Positions 49,879-59,654 of a DNA stretch of 64,000 nucleotides are shown here, piece by piece. The notes under the pieces are model-generated. The model made no database searches. It saw only the letters and a program-made list of their open reading frames with translations, and was not told where the DNA came from. This DNA is from an uncultured Acidobacteriota bacterium (lineage in GTDB: Bacteria; Acidobacteriota; Polarisedimenticolia; J045): assembly GCA_963702545.1 (NCBI GenBank), contig CAVPDB010000004.1, positions 421 to 64,420 on the forward strand, given 5' to 3'. A program made the translations under genes and the position numbers. How positions within the stretch are numbered: position 1 is the first letter of the stretch; each line of letters begins with the position of its first letter.

Positions 49879-50753
49879 CGGACCACCTCGTAGGCCTCGA
49901 CGCGCCGGCGCAGCAGGACGAGGCACCCTGCGCAGACGGCCCCGAGCACCACGAACGACGCCCACGGCGGCAGCTCGCCGACCTCCGAAGTGATGCGCGC
50001 CCCCATCATCCAGGTCCACGCGGTCTGGACCAGGTAGTTGATGTCGAAGATCAGCCCCCAGCCGGTGTCGAGGATCCCATTGATCGCCAGGCTGAAGGGC
50101 TTGCCGCCAACGAAGATGGCGAAGATCAGCGCACCCGCCAGCGGCTTCCACTTGACCAGGGCCGAGACCGACAGCGCCAGCAGCGCCAGGACGGCGATCA
50201 GCAGCCAGGAGCCGAAGAAGATCCCGGGCGCCAGCCGGAGGTTGTCCGACCACCACCGTCCCCCGGCCAGCACCGCCTGGAAGACCCAGAGAATGAGCCC
50301 CGGGATCCAGGTCATCGCGGACAGGACGAGCGCCAGGACCGAGCCCTTTCCGAGCAGGTACTCGGTGCGGGTCAGCGGCCGGCTGAAATAGAGCGGCAGC
50401 GCGTTGTTGCGCAGGTCGGGCGAGATCAGCCCGGGCCCGGCGAAGAGGGTCGTCAGGAACGCGAAGATCAGCCCCTGGATGTAGAGGAAGTTCAGGAAGA
50501 ATCTGGGGCCGATGGAGAACGTGCCGAGGCCCGTCGCGCTGATCCCGAGCGGCCTGAGAATGTCGAGGTTGTTGACCGCGTAGATGTAGAAGGCGCAACC
50601 GACCGGGAAGGCGAAGCAGGCGACGAACCAGGCCACGAACTTCTTGTTGGCGAACAGGTCGGCCAGCGCGTAGCGCGTGATGACCCGGCGCCGCGCTCCG
50701 CCCTGCGTCAGCGGCCCGGCGTAGGCCCGGTAGGCCCGCTCATAGACGGCCAT
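49875..50753 (-). CDS. ABC-2 type transporter permease
   Basis: 292-aa polytopic ORF ([15 protein letters not shown]...). The start overlaps the upstream ATPase 3' end by 14 nt. Confidence 0.7.
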   Translation of the reverse strand: MAVYERAYRAYAGPLTQGGARRRVITRYALADLFANKKFVAWFVACFAFPVGCAFYIYAVNNLDILRPLGISATGLGTFSIGPRFFLNFLYIQGLIFAFLTTLFAGPGLISPDLRNNALPLYFSRPLTRTEYLLGKGSVLALVLSAMTWIPGLILWVFQAVLAGGRWWSDNLRLAPGIFFGSWLLIAVLALLALSVSALVKWKPLAGALIFAIFVGGKPFSLAINGILDTGWGLIFDINYLVQTAWTWMMGARITSEVGELPPWASFVVLGAVCAGCLVLLRRRVEAYEVVR

Positions 50754-51669
50754 CGATCTCCCCCATCGCCGCGAGGAAGATCTCCTCGAGCGAGGTCCTC
50801 TTGACCTCGACCCGCCGCAGCTGGACGCCGCGCTCGGCCGCCACCCGGAACAGCTCCGCCACCCCCAGCCCCTCGGGCAGCAGGACCTTGATCCGCTGGC
50901 GCATTCCGGCGGCGCACTCGCCCCCCAGCCGCGCCACCGCCTCGACGAAGGCCTCGCGTTCCCCGCCGACCTCGACCTCGACCAGCCGCTGCTGGGCGCG
51001 CCGCTCGGCGGCCAGGTCGCACTGCGCGGCGATCGCGCCGTCCTTGAGGACCAGCACCTCCTCGCAGCTCTCCTCGACGTCGCGCAGGAGGTGCGAGGAG
51101 AGGATCAGCACCATGTCGCCGCGCTCGCGGATGTCGCGGATCAGCTCGATCATCCGCACCCGGTGCGGCGGGTCGAGCCCGTTGGTCGGCTCGTCGAGGA
51201 TCAGCAGCTTCGGCCCGTGGACGATCGCCTGGGCCAGCTTGGCCTGCTGCTTCATCCCCAGCGAGTAGCTCCCCAGCGGGCGGTAGCGCTCTTCACCCAG
51301 CCCGACCCAGAACAGCGCCTCGTGGGCCCGCTCGAGCGCCTGCGACGGGGGCAGCCCCGACAGCTCGGCCATCAGCCGCACGAAGCGGACGGCCGACATC
51401 TCCGCGATGAAGCTGTCGTTCTCCGGCATGTAGCCGACGATGCGGCGAATCGCGGCGGTCCCGGTCCGGATGTCGTGGCCGAAGACGCGCGCGGTGCCGG
51501 AGGTCACGGGGAAGAAGCCCAGCAGCGTGTGCAGCAGGGTCGTCTTCCCCGCCCCGTTCGGGCCGAGCAGCCCCAGCGTGCGGCTGCCCAGCCCGGCGGT
51601 GAGGCCCTTGAGGATCGGCCTCCCGCCGAGCTGGACCGTCAGCTGGTCGAGTTCGATCGCCGGCGTCAT
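50740..51669 (-). CDS. ABC transporter ATP-binding protein
   Basis: Last 309 aa of track ORF 50740..55647. GPNGAGKTT is Walker [12 protein letters not shown] the signature motif, [11 protein letters not shown] Walker B and SSHLLRD the H-loop. ATG at 51669 overlaps the upstream stop (ATGA). Confidence 0.9.
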   Translation of the reverse strand: MTPAIELDQLTVQLGGRPILKGLTAGLGSRTLGLLGPNGAGKTTLLHTLLGFFPVTSGTARVFGHDIRTGTAAIRRIVGYMPENDSFIAEMSAVRFVRLMAELSGLPPSQALERAHEALFWVGLGEERYRPLGSYSLGMKQQAKLAQAIVHGPKLLILDEPTNGLDPPHRVRMIELIRDIRERGDMVLILSSHLLRDVEESCEEVLVLKDGAIAAQCDLAAERRAQQRLVEVEVGGEREAFVEAVARLGGECAAGMRQRIKVLLPEGLGVAELFRVAAERGVQLRRVEVKRTSLEEIFLAAMGEIDGRL

Positions 51670-54357
51670 CGAGCCGCAGATTCTCCCCCGGGAAGGGGTT
51701 CGGGCGAAACCGCCGGGCCCGGCCCGCCGATCAGCGCGGGGAGCAGCATCCGGGTCAGGCTCCGCTGCGCGCCGGCGACCGTGATCCGGTCCGGCTCGCC
51801 GTAGGCGACGTCGAGCATCGGCCCGCCCTCCAGCGCCCCGAGCACGGCCTTGGACTCGTCCGGCATCGGCAACGACGAGAAGGCGCTGGCCAGCCGCGCG
51901 GTGTCGCGCCAGACCAGGCCGGAGACGTTGGCGTGGCCGTCGCGCGGCAGCCGCGAGACGAAGGCCGGTGCGGTCGCCAGCGTGATCCCGGCGCGGGCGT
52001 TGTCCAGCGCCTGGCTCAGCAGGCTGCGCTGCGAGGCCAGGACCAGGTAGCCGTCGGCGAAGGTGTAGTGCAGCTCCATCGTCGGGGGCTGGGAGGCGAC
52101 CTGGTAGAAGGTCCGGCCGTTCTCCTGGGCGCTGGTCAGGACCGGGACCGGCCGCTGCTGCGCCGCCGCCTGCTCCGCGGCCCGGGCCACGACCTGCTCG
52201 ATCGTGCGCTGCAGGTGCTGCGGGTCGTAGACCTCGGCCGCGATCTTCCAGGCCGGGGTCGGCAGGATCGGCCCGTCGAGCGCGAAGACGAACTCGCCGC
52301 CGAGCGGGGCCAAGAGGTCGGCCCGGACGTCGAGGCCCAGTTCGCCACCGAGCTTCCCGAGCGTCTCCTGGATGTCGGCGGCGCGCTCGCCGAGCAGCGC
52401 GTACGCCTCGTCGAGCATCTCGACCGGGTCCTTGACGACGGCCGCCACGGCCAGCGTCGCGTCGGGCGAGACGAAGCGCAGCGCCCCCATCGGCGAGGGC
52501 TCGGCCAGCCAGGCCAGCGCCCCCTTCCGCGGGCCGTCGAAGACCAGCGTGGCGTGCAGCGTCGAAGCCTCGCCTTCCCCGTCGCCTTCGAGCACCAGGT
52601 ACTTCGCGCCGGCAAGGCCGGACAGCGTCATCGCCTGGCGCGCCCCGTCGCGCGGGCCGCCTTCCGGCTCCGACGCCAGCCCGCGCGAGACCAGCCCGGC
52701 GACGTCGACGCCGCCCAGCCAGACCGCGCCGTCGCGGAACGACCGGGCCAGCTCGGCCCGCAGCGGCGTGCCGGCGAAGCCGCCCTGGCCCGTCGCGGCG
52801 GCCGCCTCGAGCGCGGCCAGCGCGTCGCGCCCCGTCGCCGCCAGCAGCAGGTCGCCGCGCGTCGTCAGGTACAGCGCGGGACGGGCCGGCGAGCCGTCGG
52901 TCTGCACCTCCGAGGGGACCTCGGCGGCGCCGCCGACCAGCCGGAACGGGACCTCGCCCTTTCCAGCCAAGCGCGGCGACCTCCCGCTCGACCAGCGCGC
53001 GGAAGGAGGCCTCGTTCTTCACGATCGCGATCAGCGCCAGCCCGGAGAACGGCCGGTCCGGCCCGCCCGCCAACGCGGCCAGCGCGATCTCGTCGCCCAG
53101 CTCGCCGCCGACCAGCCGGACCTTCTCGACCACCGCCGAGAGCTCCGCCTCGTGCTGCGCCCCGGCGTGCTCGCGCCACCACGCGCCAAGCGTCTCGTTG
53201 CCGCGCGCGCGCTCGAGGAACAGCCGCCAGGCCTCGTCGACCTGGCCGGCGAGGTTGGGGAGCGCGGCGAAGAAGACGGCGTCCTGCGGCATCAGGTCCA
53301 TCAGCCGCGTCGAGGTCCGCGGGGCCGGCCCCGGCAGCGCGTCGATCGCGTGCGAGAGCGCGGTGAACTCGACCAGCAGCGCGCGGTGCCGGTCGACGTC
53401 GCGCGACCAGCCGATTTCGTCCTCCAGCGAGGCGCCGGAGAGCGAGGGCGAGCTGGTGAACTGCTGACCCGGCCGCAGCATCGCGCGCTCCTCGCCGTGG
53501 TCGACCTCGACCGCGCCTTCGAGCACGGAGACCCGCGTCCCCTTGGCCCCGCTCAGCACCGAGAAGACGGTCCCCTTGACCGCCACCCGGCTGTCGGGGG
53601 TCGTCACGTAGAGGTGGCCCGAACCCTGCTTGCTGGCCTCGACGATCACCTGGCCGCCGCCGAGCCGGATGTCGGTCCCGTCGGTTGCGCGGGCCAGCGT
53701 CAGCTCGGTGCGCGGCGCAAGCTCGATCCGCGAGCCATCGGCCAGCACGACCACGGCGCCGGCATCCTTGCCGGTCCGCATCGTCTCGCCGTAGGCGACC
53801 TTCGCGCCGCGCGCGATCGGCATCGCGCCGACGCGGCCGACGTTGAGCAGCAGGCCGTCGAGCTCCGCCACCGTGGCGGTGCTGCCGCCGATCCCGATCC
53901 AGCCCGGCTGGAGCATCCACGCCCCGCCGATCGCGGCGATCGCCACCGCGGCGGCCGCGGCCCAGGCCCAGGCGCGCGGGCGACGCCTCGCGGGAGCGGC
54001 CGGCCCGGCACGGCGCCGGTCGGCGAGCGCGGGGGCTCCGGTCCGCACGCGCTTGGCGGCGGCGCGGCAGGTGACGCACCCCTTGAGGTGCTCGTCGACC
54101 AGCAGCACCCGGTCGGGACCCAGCGTCCCGTCGTGACGCGCGGGCAGCAGCCCCTGGATCTCGGCGCAGCCCAGGAGCGGGTGCGCGGCGCGGCCGGCCG
54201 CTGCGGCTGCGGCCCCGGCTGCGGCCTCGGCGGCCAGCGCCTCCGCGGCCCGGCGCGCGGCCGCGGCGACCTCGCCGTCGGCCAGCGCCTCGCCGCGCAC
54301 GGCGCGCGCGGCCTCGTCGATCAGATTCTCGAAACGGTCGTCGTGAGGGGTGCTCAT
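51666..54357 (-). pseudogene. giant anti-sigma factor (zf-HC2, TM, FecR-like domain, large unassigned periplasmic region); one frameshift near 52965
   Basis: ATG at 54357 overlaps the ECF sigma stop (ATGA). [11 protein letters not shown] is the H-x3-C-x2-C motif. TM segment [20 protein letters not shown]. FecR-like region [21 protein letters not shown]...[13 protein letters not shown]. The sequence then runs about 550 aa further (track ORF 51666..52970). An extra base lies in a TGGAAAGGGC context. Confidence 0.75.
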
Positions 54358-54932
54358 GGCGTCTCTCCCGGGCGCGGCCCCGCGATTTCCTCGCGCAGCG
54401 CGCGCCGTGCGCGGTGCAGCAGGACGGCGACGTTGTTGCGCGTCGTCCCCATCGACTCGGCGATCTCGTCGTGCTCCTGGCCCTCGAAGAAGTGCAGCGC
54501 GAACGCCTCGGCCGCCTGCGGCGGCAGCCGCGTCAGCGCCGCCCGCAGCCACTGCGCCAGGACCCGGCGCCGGTGCTCGGCGTCGGGCGGCGCGCCCGCC
54601 GTGTCGGCCACCAGCGGCGCGACCGCGTCGAGCGGGGTCTCGGCCTCGCGCCGCCGGCGGCGGAGCAGGTCGAGTGCGGCGTTGATCCCGGCCCGCTGCA
54701 GGTAGGCGCCGGCCCCCTCGAGGTCCCCCGGAAGGGCCTCGTCCCGGCGCGCCAGCCTCAGGAACACGGCCTGCGCGGCGTCCTCCGCGTCGGCGGCGTT
54801 GCCGGTGACGCGGTAGGCGGCCTGCAGGACCCGGGCGTGGTGCGCGCGGAACACGGTCTCCAGGTCGGGCGGGGCGAGCGGCAGCGGGCGGGCGGCGGTC
54901 ACAGGCTTCTCCTCGTGTGGGCCTCCGCTCAT
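54354..54932 (-). CDS. ECF-type RNA polymerase sigma-70 family factor
   Basis: 192-aa ORF. Region 2 reads [33 protein letters not shown]. Region 4 reads [44 protein letters not shown]. Confidence 0.88.
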   Translation of the reverse strand: MSGGPHEEKPVTAARPLPLAPPDLETVFRAHHARVLQAAYRVTGNAADAEDAAQAVFLRLARRDEALPGDLEGAGAYLQRAGINAALDLLRRRRREAETPLDAVAPLVADTAGAPPDAEHRRRVLAQWLRAALTRLPPQAAEAFALHFFEGQEHDEIAESMGTTRNNVAVLLHRARRALREEIAGPRPGETP

Positions 54933-55022
54933 GGAACGCTCCCTCGGGGGGGATCATTACACCGGGCCGGGAACGGTGGCGCTGCGGGCGCCGAGCGGCG
55001 CGCCCGGGGCGGTGAGCGGTCG

Positions 55023-55817
55023 TCAGGCCCGGGAGCGCGGGGGCGGGCCGCCAGCGACCTCGTGGAACGCACGCTGAAAGGTCTCGCTGACGGCGCGGAA
55101 GAAGGTCCGCTCGTCGGGATAGCCCCCCGGCTCCAGCGGCGGCTCCACCCGGTACGGGACGGTCACCCCGGTGCGCCCGATCCGCCGCTTCTCGTCGATG
55201 ACCTGTTCGGTCTGCCCGGTCATGACGACCTGGATCGGCAGCCCGCGCCGAAAGGCGTAGCGGACCATCCCCGCCTTGAGCGGCAGGGGCCGTTCGAGCT
55301 GGCTGCGGTGGCCCTCGGCGTAGACGATCAGCCCCTCGAGCGGACAGCGCTCGAACTGGCGGTCGAGCCAGCGGTAGAAGGCGTCGCGGGTGTGGGCGCG
55401 GTCGCGGCGGAAGAACCAGACCGAGTGGTCGAGCCGCGAGGTCAGCCAGATCAGCGGGAAGACCCCCGCGACCAGGTAGCGCGAGAGGGTCGCGCCCCGC
55501 CCCTCGACCAGGTCCTTGTGGATGAAGAAGTCCGCCACGCTGCGGTGCGGGCAGATCCAGAGGCAGCGCCGGCCGGTCAGGAGCGGCGCCGACGCCGGGT
55601 CGCGCTCGAACCGGATCGCGTAGCGCCGGATCAGCAGCCGGCACCACTCGCGCGTGCTCCGCTCGTTCGGCGGCCGGCCGCGGAACGCGGACCGCAGCAC
55701 CGCCCAGGCCGGATAGATCCAGCCCAGGCGGAGCCCCTCGCCGACCAGCGCCGGGAGGCCGCGGCTCAACTCGCGCGGCTCGGCGCGGGCCGGCGCGGCC
55801 GCGGGGGCATCGCTCAT
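55023..55817 (-). CDS. PlsC-type (HX4D) acyltransferase
   Basis: 264-aa [15 protein letters not shown] is the HxxxxD motif, followed by ...VYAEGHRS...LKAGMVRYA. Confidence 0.7.
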   Translation of the reverse strand: MSDAPAAAPARAEPRELSRGLPALVGEGLRLGWIYPAWAVLRSAFRGRPPNERSTREWCRLLIRRYAIRFERDPASAPLLTGRRCLWICPHRSVADFFIHKDLVEGRGATLSRYLVAGVFPLIWLTSRLDHSVWFFRRDRAHTRDAFYRWLDRQFERCPLEGLIVYAEGHRSQLERPLPLKAGMVRYAFRRGLPIQVVMTGQTEQVIDEKRRIGRTGVTVPYRVEPPLEPGGYPDERTFFRAVSETFQRAFHEVAGGPPPRSRA

Positions 55818-56203
55818 CCGGGCTCCCCTCCTCGCGCCGCCTCGACCACCCCCTCCCCCGCCTCCCGAAACGCCCGCGACACGCCGCCCACTCCGAGCTT
55901 CACGCCGCCGAAGATCCGCGAGACCACGATCCCGCCCGCGAGGTCGTGCCGGCGCAGGACCTCCAGCAGGACGCGCCCCGGGTGGCCGACCTCGCCGTCG
56001 TCCTTGGAGCGCTCGAGCAGGGCGCCGTCGGGGCCGGGGGCGCGCCAGGCCCAGCAGTGGTGGACCGCCCGGTGGTGCTCCCGGCGCTGCCGCTTCAGGA
56101 CCTCCTCCAGCGCCGGCTCGTCGGCCGCCGGGAAGAGCAGCGCGTAGAAGCGCGAGCGCTCCACCGTCGTCCGGAGCGCGACCTCGCGCGCGACCTCCGT
56201 CAC
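55814..56203 (-). CDS. IMPACT/YigZ (UPF0029) family protein, N-terminal domain only
   Basis: 129-aa [12 protein letters not shown]...[12 protein letters not shown]...[18 protein letters not shown]...[21 protein letters not shown] matches the UPF0029 core. Confidence 0.75.
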   Translation of the reverse strand: MTEVAREVALRTTVERSRFYALLFPAADEPALEEVLKRQRREHHRAVHHCWAWRAPGPDGALLERSKDDGEVGHPGRVLLEVLRRHDLAGGIVVSRIFGGVKLGVGGVSRAFREAGEGVVEAARGGEPG

Positions 56204-56805
56204 GGCGTGGCCCGCAGGATCGCGGCCAGCCCCTCGGTGACGTAGCGCACGCCCCAGGCCAGCGTGATCAGCCCGAGCGTCGTCGAGAGGACCTGGATCA
56301 GCGTCCGGTTGACGACCCGCCGCACCAGCGGCGCCGCGAGGAAGAGCACGGCGGTGCCCGCCAGCACGATGGCGACCGCCAGCCCCGTCACCGGTCGCCC
56401 GTAGTCCTGGACCGAGACGATGATCGCGGTGATTGCGGCCGGCCCCGTCAGCAGCGGCGTCGCGATCACCGCGGCCACCGCCTGGGCCGAACGCTCGCCG
56501 GCCGGCGCCGTCGGCTCGAGCGCGCCCCCGAGCGACATCCGGAGCCCCAGGAGCCCGAGCACGATCCCGCCCGCGACGCGGAACTGGTCGATCGTGGTGT
56601 CGAAGAGCGTCAGGAGCGCCGTCCCGAGAGCCAGGACCAGCAGCGAGAGGACGGTCGCCACCAGCAGCCCGAGCAGGGCCGCGCGCCGGCGCTGCGCGGG
56701 CACCATCTCCTCGGTCAGCGCGAAGAAGACGGCGAAGCTCGCCAGCGGGTCGAAGATCACGAAGAACAGCACGACCAGTTGCGGCAGGTGGGTCAGGTCG
56801 ACCAT
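56200..56805 (-). CDS. MarC family (UPF0056) integral membrane protein
   Basis: Inner ATG 56805 of track ORF 56200..56847. MVDLTHLPQLVVLFFVIFDPLASFAVFFAL is the N-terminal xFxIxxPxxxxPxF-type motif. Six predicted TM segments. Confidence 0.75.
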   Translation of the reverse strand: MVDLTHLPQLVVLFFVIFDPLASFAVFFALTEEMVPAQRRRAALLGLLVATVLSLLVLALGTALLTLFDTTIDQFRVAGGIVLGLLGLRMSLGGALEPTAPAGERSAQAVAAVIATPLLTGPAAITAIIVSVQDYGRPVTGLAVAIVLAGTAVLFLAAPLVRRVVNRTLIQVLSTTLGLITLAWGVRYVTEGLAAILRATP

Positions 56806-56910
56806 CGAGGGACGCTCCCTACCTCGTTCGGGCGGCCTATTATCCACGGCCCCGGGGAGCGGTCAGGCGGGGCCGCCGGCCCGGTTCCGGGCGACAATGG
56901 CGGCGTTCGC

Positions 56911-56986
56911 GCGCCCGTAGCTCAACGGATAGAGCATCGGCCTTCGGAGCCGGCGGTTGGGGGTTCGAATCCCTCCGGGCGCGCCA
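56911..56986 (+). tRNA. tRNA-Arg(TCG): tRNA-Arg, anticodon TCG, with encoded CCA
   Basis: Manual cloverleaf. Acceptor GCGCCCG/CGGGCGC. D arm GCTC-AACGGATA-GAGC. Anticodon arm TCGGC-CTTCGGA-GCCGG. Variable loop CGGTT. T arm GGGGG-TTCGAAT-CCCTC. Discriminator G, then CCA. Total 76 nt. Confidence 0.9.
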
Positions 56987-57024
56987 GCCTTGCGCGAGGG
57001 GTGGGCCCGGGGGTCGCGGAATGG

Positions 57025-57059
57025 GGTCCGGCCGGGGCGAGCGCCGCCCCGGCCGGACC
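57025..57059. terminator. bidirectional hairpin between the tRNA and the convergent Cys-rich gene
   Basis: ggtccggccgggg-cgagcgccg-ccccggccggacc gives a perfect 13-bp stem. Confidence 0.55.
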
Positions 57060-57069
57060 GATCGCTACG

Positions 57070-59271
57070 CTACCTGATGATCGCGAATCCGGTGACGTAG
57101 GTCTTCCGCTCCGCGATCCGGATCGTCATCTGGTAGGTCCCGGGCTCGAGCCGGTCGGTGTTCATGTTGAAGTGCCACTGGCCGCTGGCCGGGTCGTGGC
57201 GGAAGAAGGGGTCGCTCGACCGGGTGTCGTTGTTGAGACGGAGCGGGCCGAGGTCGAGCGGACCGGTCCCGACGCGGACCAGGCCGACGATCTCGGGCGG
57301 GGCCACGTCGCCGTTCTTGCGGACGATGCTGTTGCAGGTGAGGTACAGCTTGAGCGGCCGCACCGACCCGCGCTTGAAGGGACGCGCCGGGTAGACCGGG
57401 GCGTCCCCCTCCGGAACCAGCCGGGACAGCGGCGGCAGGAGCCCGGCGATCCCGTCGTAGCCCCCATCCTCGACCAGCGGATTGCAGCGGCCCGTGACGC
57501 CCACGTTGAGCCGCACGTCCTGCTGCCACGGCCCGCCGCCGACGGTACCGCTGACGCGCACGACGAACGGCCGGGCCACGTCGCCCGGGTGATCCTGCGG
57601 CAGCGCCACCTCGAACGGGTCGAGGCTGAACTGGGGCGTCAGGGAAACCGGCGAGCAGTCCGGGTTCGGGGAGCGGTTGAGCGCCGGGAAGGTCGGGTAG
57701 CCGGCGCGGTCGTCGATCAGCAGCGCGCCGGAGGCCGGGCCGTCGGGCGTTCCGTCGGCGTCGGTGTCGACCAGCTGGACCGGGTCGCTGAGCAGCCGGG
57801 CGCTCGGGTTGCCGATCGGGCCGGAGCCGACGTTCAGCAGCGAGATCCACACCTTCCCCGACTCGCCGGGGCTGAGCAGGCCGTCCCCGGTCCCGTCCTC
57901 GACCCGGACCGCGTAGGGGGTCAGGAAGGCCGGGCCGACATCCCCTTCCACCGGCTCCAGCCGGTTGAAGCTGCCGGCCGAGGCCACGTCGCCGTTGCCG
58001 CAGAACTCCTGCTCGCCGTCCGGGACCGTGTCGCCGCAGGCCCGCAGCAGGCCGAAGACCTCGCGCGCGATCACGGCGGTGCTGGCGCGGCAGATCGTCG
58101 CCGTCTCGCCGGGAAGGACCTCCTCTGTCACGGTCACCTGGCCGCAGACCGGGGCCTCGGCAAAGCAGCGGCCCGCCGAGCAGACTTCTTCCTCGGCGCA
58201 CGTGACCCCGCACTCGCCGCAATTCAGCGGATCACGCGCCGGGTCGATGCAGTTCTCGCCGCAGCGGATCGTGCCGAACGGGCAGCCCTGCTTCTCCATG
58301 CTGCCCGGGTCCTTGGACGGATCGGACGGCGTGGACGCGGCGGAGACGCCGAACGGATCCTCGCAGGTCGCCGAGGCGCAGGACTGGCCTTCTTCGCACG
58401 CGCTGCCGCAGCCGCCGCAGTTGTACGGGTCGGAGAAGATGTCGGCCCCCTTGCCGGCGCAGCAGCTCAGCTCGTGCCCCGCGGGCTGGAAGCAGGCCCC
58501 GCAGTGCCGCTGGTCGTACCCGGTGTCGACGCACTCGCCGTTGCAGCAGGTCTTGGACCCCTCGCAGACGATCCCACAGGCGCCGCAGTTGAATTCGTCG
58601 TCGAGATAGGAGACGCACTCGCTGTCGCAGAAGGTCTGGTGCGAGTCCTCGCAGCAGGGTCCGCCGCCGGTCAGCTCGATCACGAGCGGGCTGCCGGTGT
58701 TGTTGGTGATCTTCTCGAGCACCCCCTGGCCGGGGATGAACTCGCTGGTCGCGGTGGCCAGGACCTGCGGCGGGCTGAAGAACGAGATGATGCTCGAGGT
58801 CAGCGACGCCGCCGAGAGGGTGATGTCGCTCGGCGTCAGCGAGCGGCCCGGGACGCTGAACGGACCGCGCGGCCCGACCGAGGAGTTGGTCGGGGTCAGG
58901 CAGACGTCCTTGTCGCAGACCGAGCCGGTGTAGGAGTAGATCGTCTGGCCGGTCTGCCAGTCCCAGATCGTGCCGACGCCGCCGCTCGTCCCGGCGCCGA
59001 GGCTGCTGGTGAAGCCGCCCGGCCCGGCCGAGGGCCAGCGGAACGTGTAGGTCTTCCCGACCGACTTGTTGGTGATCTTGTTACGGATCTTGGCCGGGTA
59101 GCTCGAGATCACCGTCAGGTCGACGATCGACTCGTTGGAACCGTTCTTGTCGAGGTCGACGTTCTTGCTCGCCGCCTTCGTCGAAGGGACCGCACCGATC
59201 GCGAGCAGTCCCACCGCCGCAACCGTCCCCAGGATCCGCCGACACCAAACTCCTGCCGTGATGTGACTCAT
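57070..59271 (-). CDS. secreted Cys-rich protein with Stig1-like 'NCGxCG' repeats and C-terminal beta-sandwich-like domains
   Basis: Inner ATG 59271 of track ORF 57070..59472. Signal peptide MSHITAGVWCRRILGTVAAVGLLAIGAVPSTKA. Repeats include EFNCGACGIVCEGSKTCCNGEC, QRHCGACF..., DPYNCGGCGSACEEGQSCASATC and DPLNCGECGVTCAEEEVCSAGRC. C-terminal segments read DGTGDGLLSPGESGKVWISLLNVGSG and ...GTYQMTIRIAERKTYVTGFAIIR*. The frame is intact. Confidence 0.7.
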   Translation of the reverse strand: MSHITAGVWCRRILGTVAAVGLLAIGAVPSTKAASKNVDLDKNGSNESIVDLTVISSYPAKIRNKITNKSVGKTYTFRWPSAGPGGFTSSLGAGTSGGVGTIWDWQTGQTIYSYTGSVCDKDVCLTPTNSSVGPRGPFSVPGRSLTPSDITLSAASLTSSIISFFSPPQVLATATSEFIPGQGVLEKITNNTGSPLVIELTGGGPCCEDSHQTFCDSECVSYLDDEFNCGACGIVCEGSKTCCNGECVDTGYDQRHCGACFQPAGHELSCCAGKGADIFSDPYNCGGCGSACEEGQSCASATCEDPFGVSAASTPSDPSKDPGSMEKQGCPFGTIRCGENCIDPARDPLNCGECGVTCAEEEVCSAGRCFAEAPVCGQVTVTEEVLPGETATICRASTAVIAREVFGLLRACGDTVPDGEQEFCGNGDVASAGSFNRLEPVEGDVGPAFLTPYAVRVEDGTGDGLLSPGESGKVWISLLNVGSGPIGNPSARLLSDPVQLVDTDADGTPDGPASGALLIDDRAGYPTFPALNRSPNPDCSPVSLTPQFSLDPFEVALPQDHPGDVARPFVVRVSGTVGGGPWQQDVRLNVGVTGRCNPLVEDGGYDGIAGLLPPLSRLVPEGDAPVYPARPFKRGSVRPLKLYLTCNSIVRKNGDVAPPEIVGLVRVGTGPLDLGPLRLNNDTRSSDPFFRHDPASGQWHFNMNTDRLEPGTYQMTIRIAERKTYVTGFAIIR

Positions 59272-59523
59272 CGCGCTCGTTCTCCTGGCCGGGAAGCCGA
59301 CCGGGGCCCGTCCCGTCGCCGGGGCCCCCCTTGGGGCCTTACTGAAGCCGGTCAGCGTGTTGAGTTTACGGCGATCGGGGGGAGTCCGCCGGTGGAAAGT
59401 TACGGGACTTCCGAACGCTGTTTGCCTCCCGTCCGCCGCGCTCCGGCCCCGTCCCGCCGCTATCTTGAACATCTCGTAAGGTTTGCCGCGACCGAACGAC
59501 CCGGGGCTTACTGCAAAAGCCCG

Positions 59524-59552
59524 TTGACCTTTCCAATCGGTAAGCGTAGTAA
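59524..59552 (+). promoter_or_regulatory. candidate sigma70-type promoter of the metalloprotease gene, bracketed by an 8-bp inverted repeat
   Basis: TTGACC (59524-59529), 17-nt spacer, then TAGTAA (59547-59552), about 100 nt upstream of ATG 59655. The inverted repeat is ccgttgac (59521-59528) and gtcaacgg (59553-59560). Confidence 0.35.
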
Positions 59553-59654
59553 GTCAACGGCTCGGTCTGCACGGGCGGCGTCCACCGCCCGCCGGGGTCC
59601 GGCGGGTTCCACGGTCGTCCAGCGCGGGGAGCCTCTGTTTATGGGGAGGTCGAG

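Noticed and set aside
50740-55647. A 1635-aa ORF that could be taken for one giant protein.
   Set aside because: It is a stop-free read-through frame. Only its last 309 aa (the ABC ATPase) and the segment from MSTPHDD... (the anti-sigma N-terminal part) are real. The rest overlaps the sigma factor and the acyltransferase in other frames. The same applies to 980..2956, 5902..8520 and 7269..9167, where only the C-terminal parts are genes.
56987-59300. A genomic island with integrase or a mobile element next to tRNA-Arg.
   Set aside because: I saw no integrase, transposase or excisionase-like ORF, and no repeat of the tRNA 3' end within the window. The island status stays a hypothesis only (see findings).
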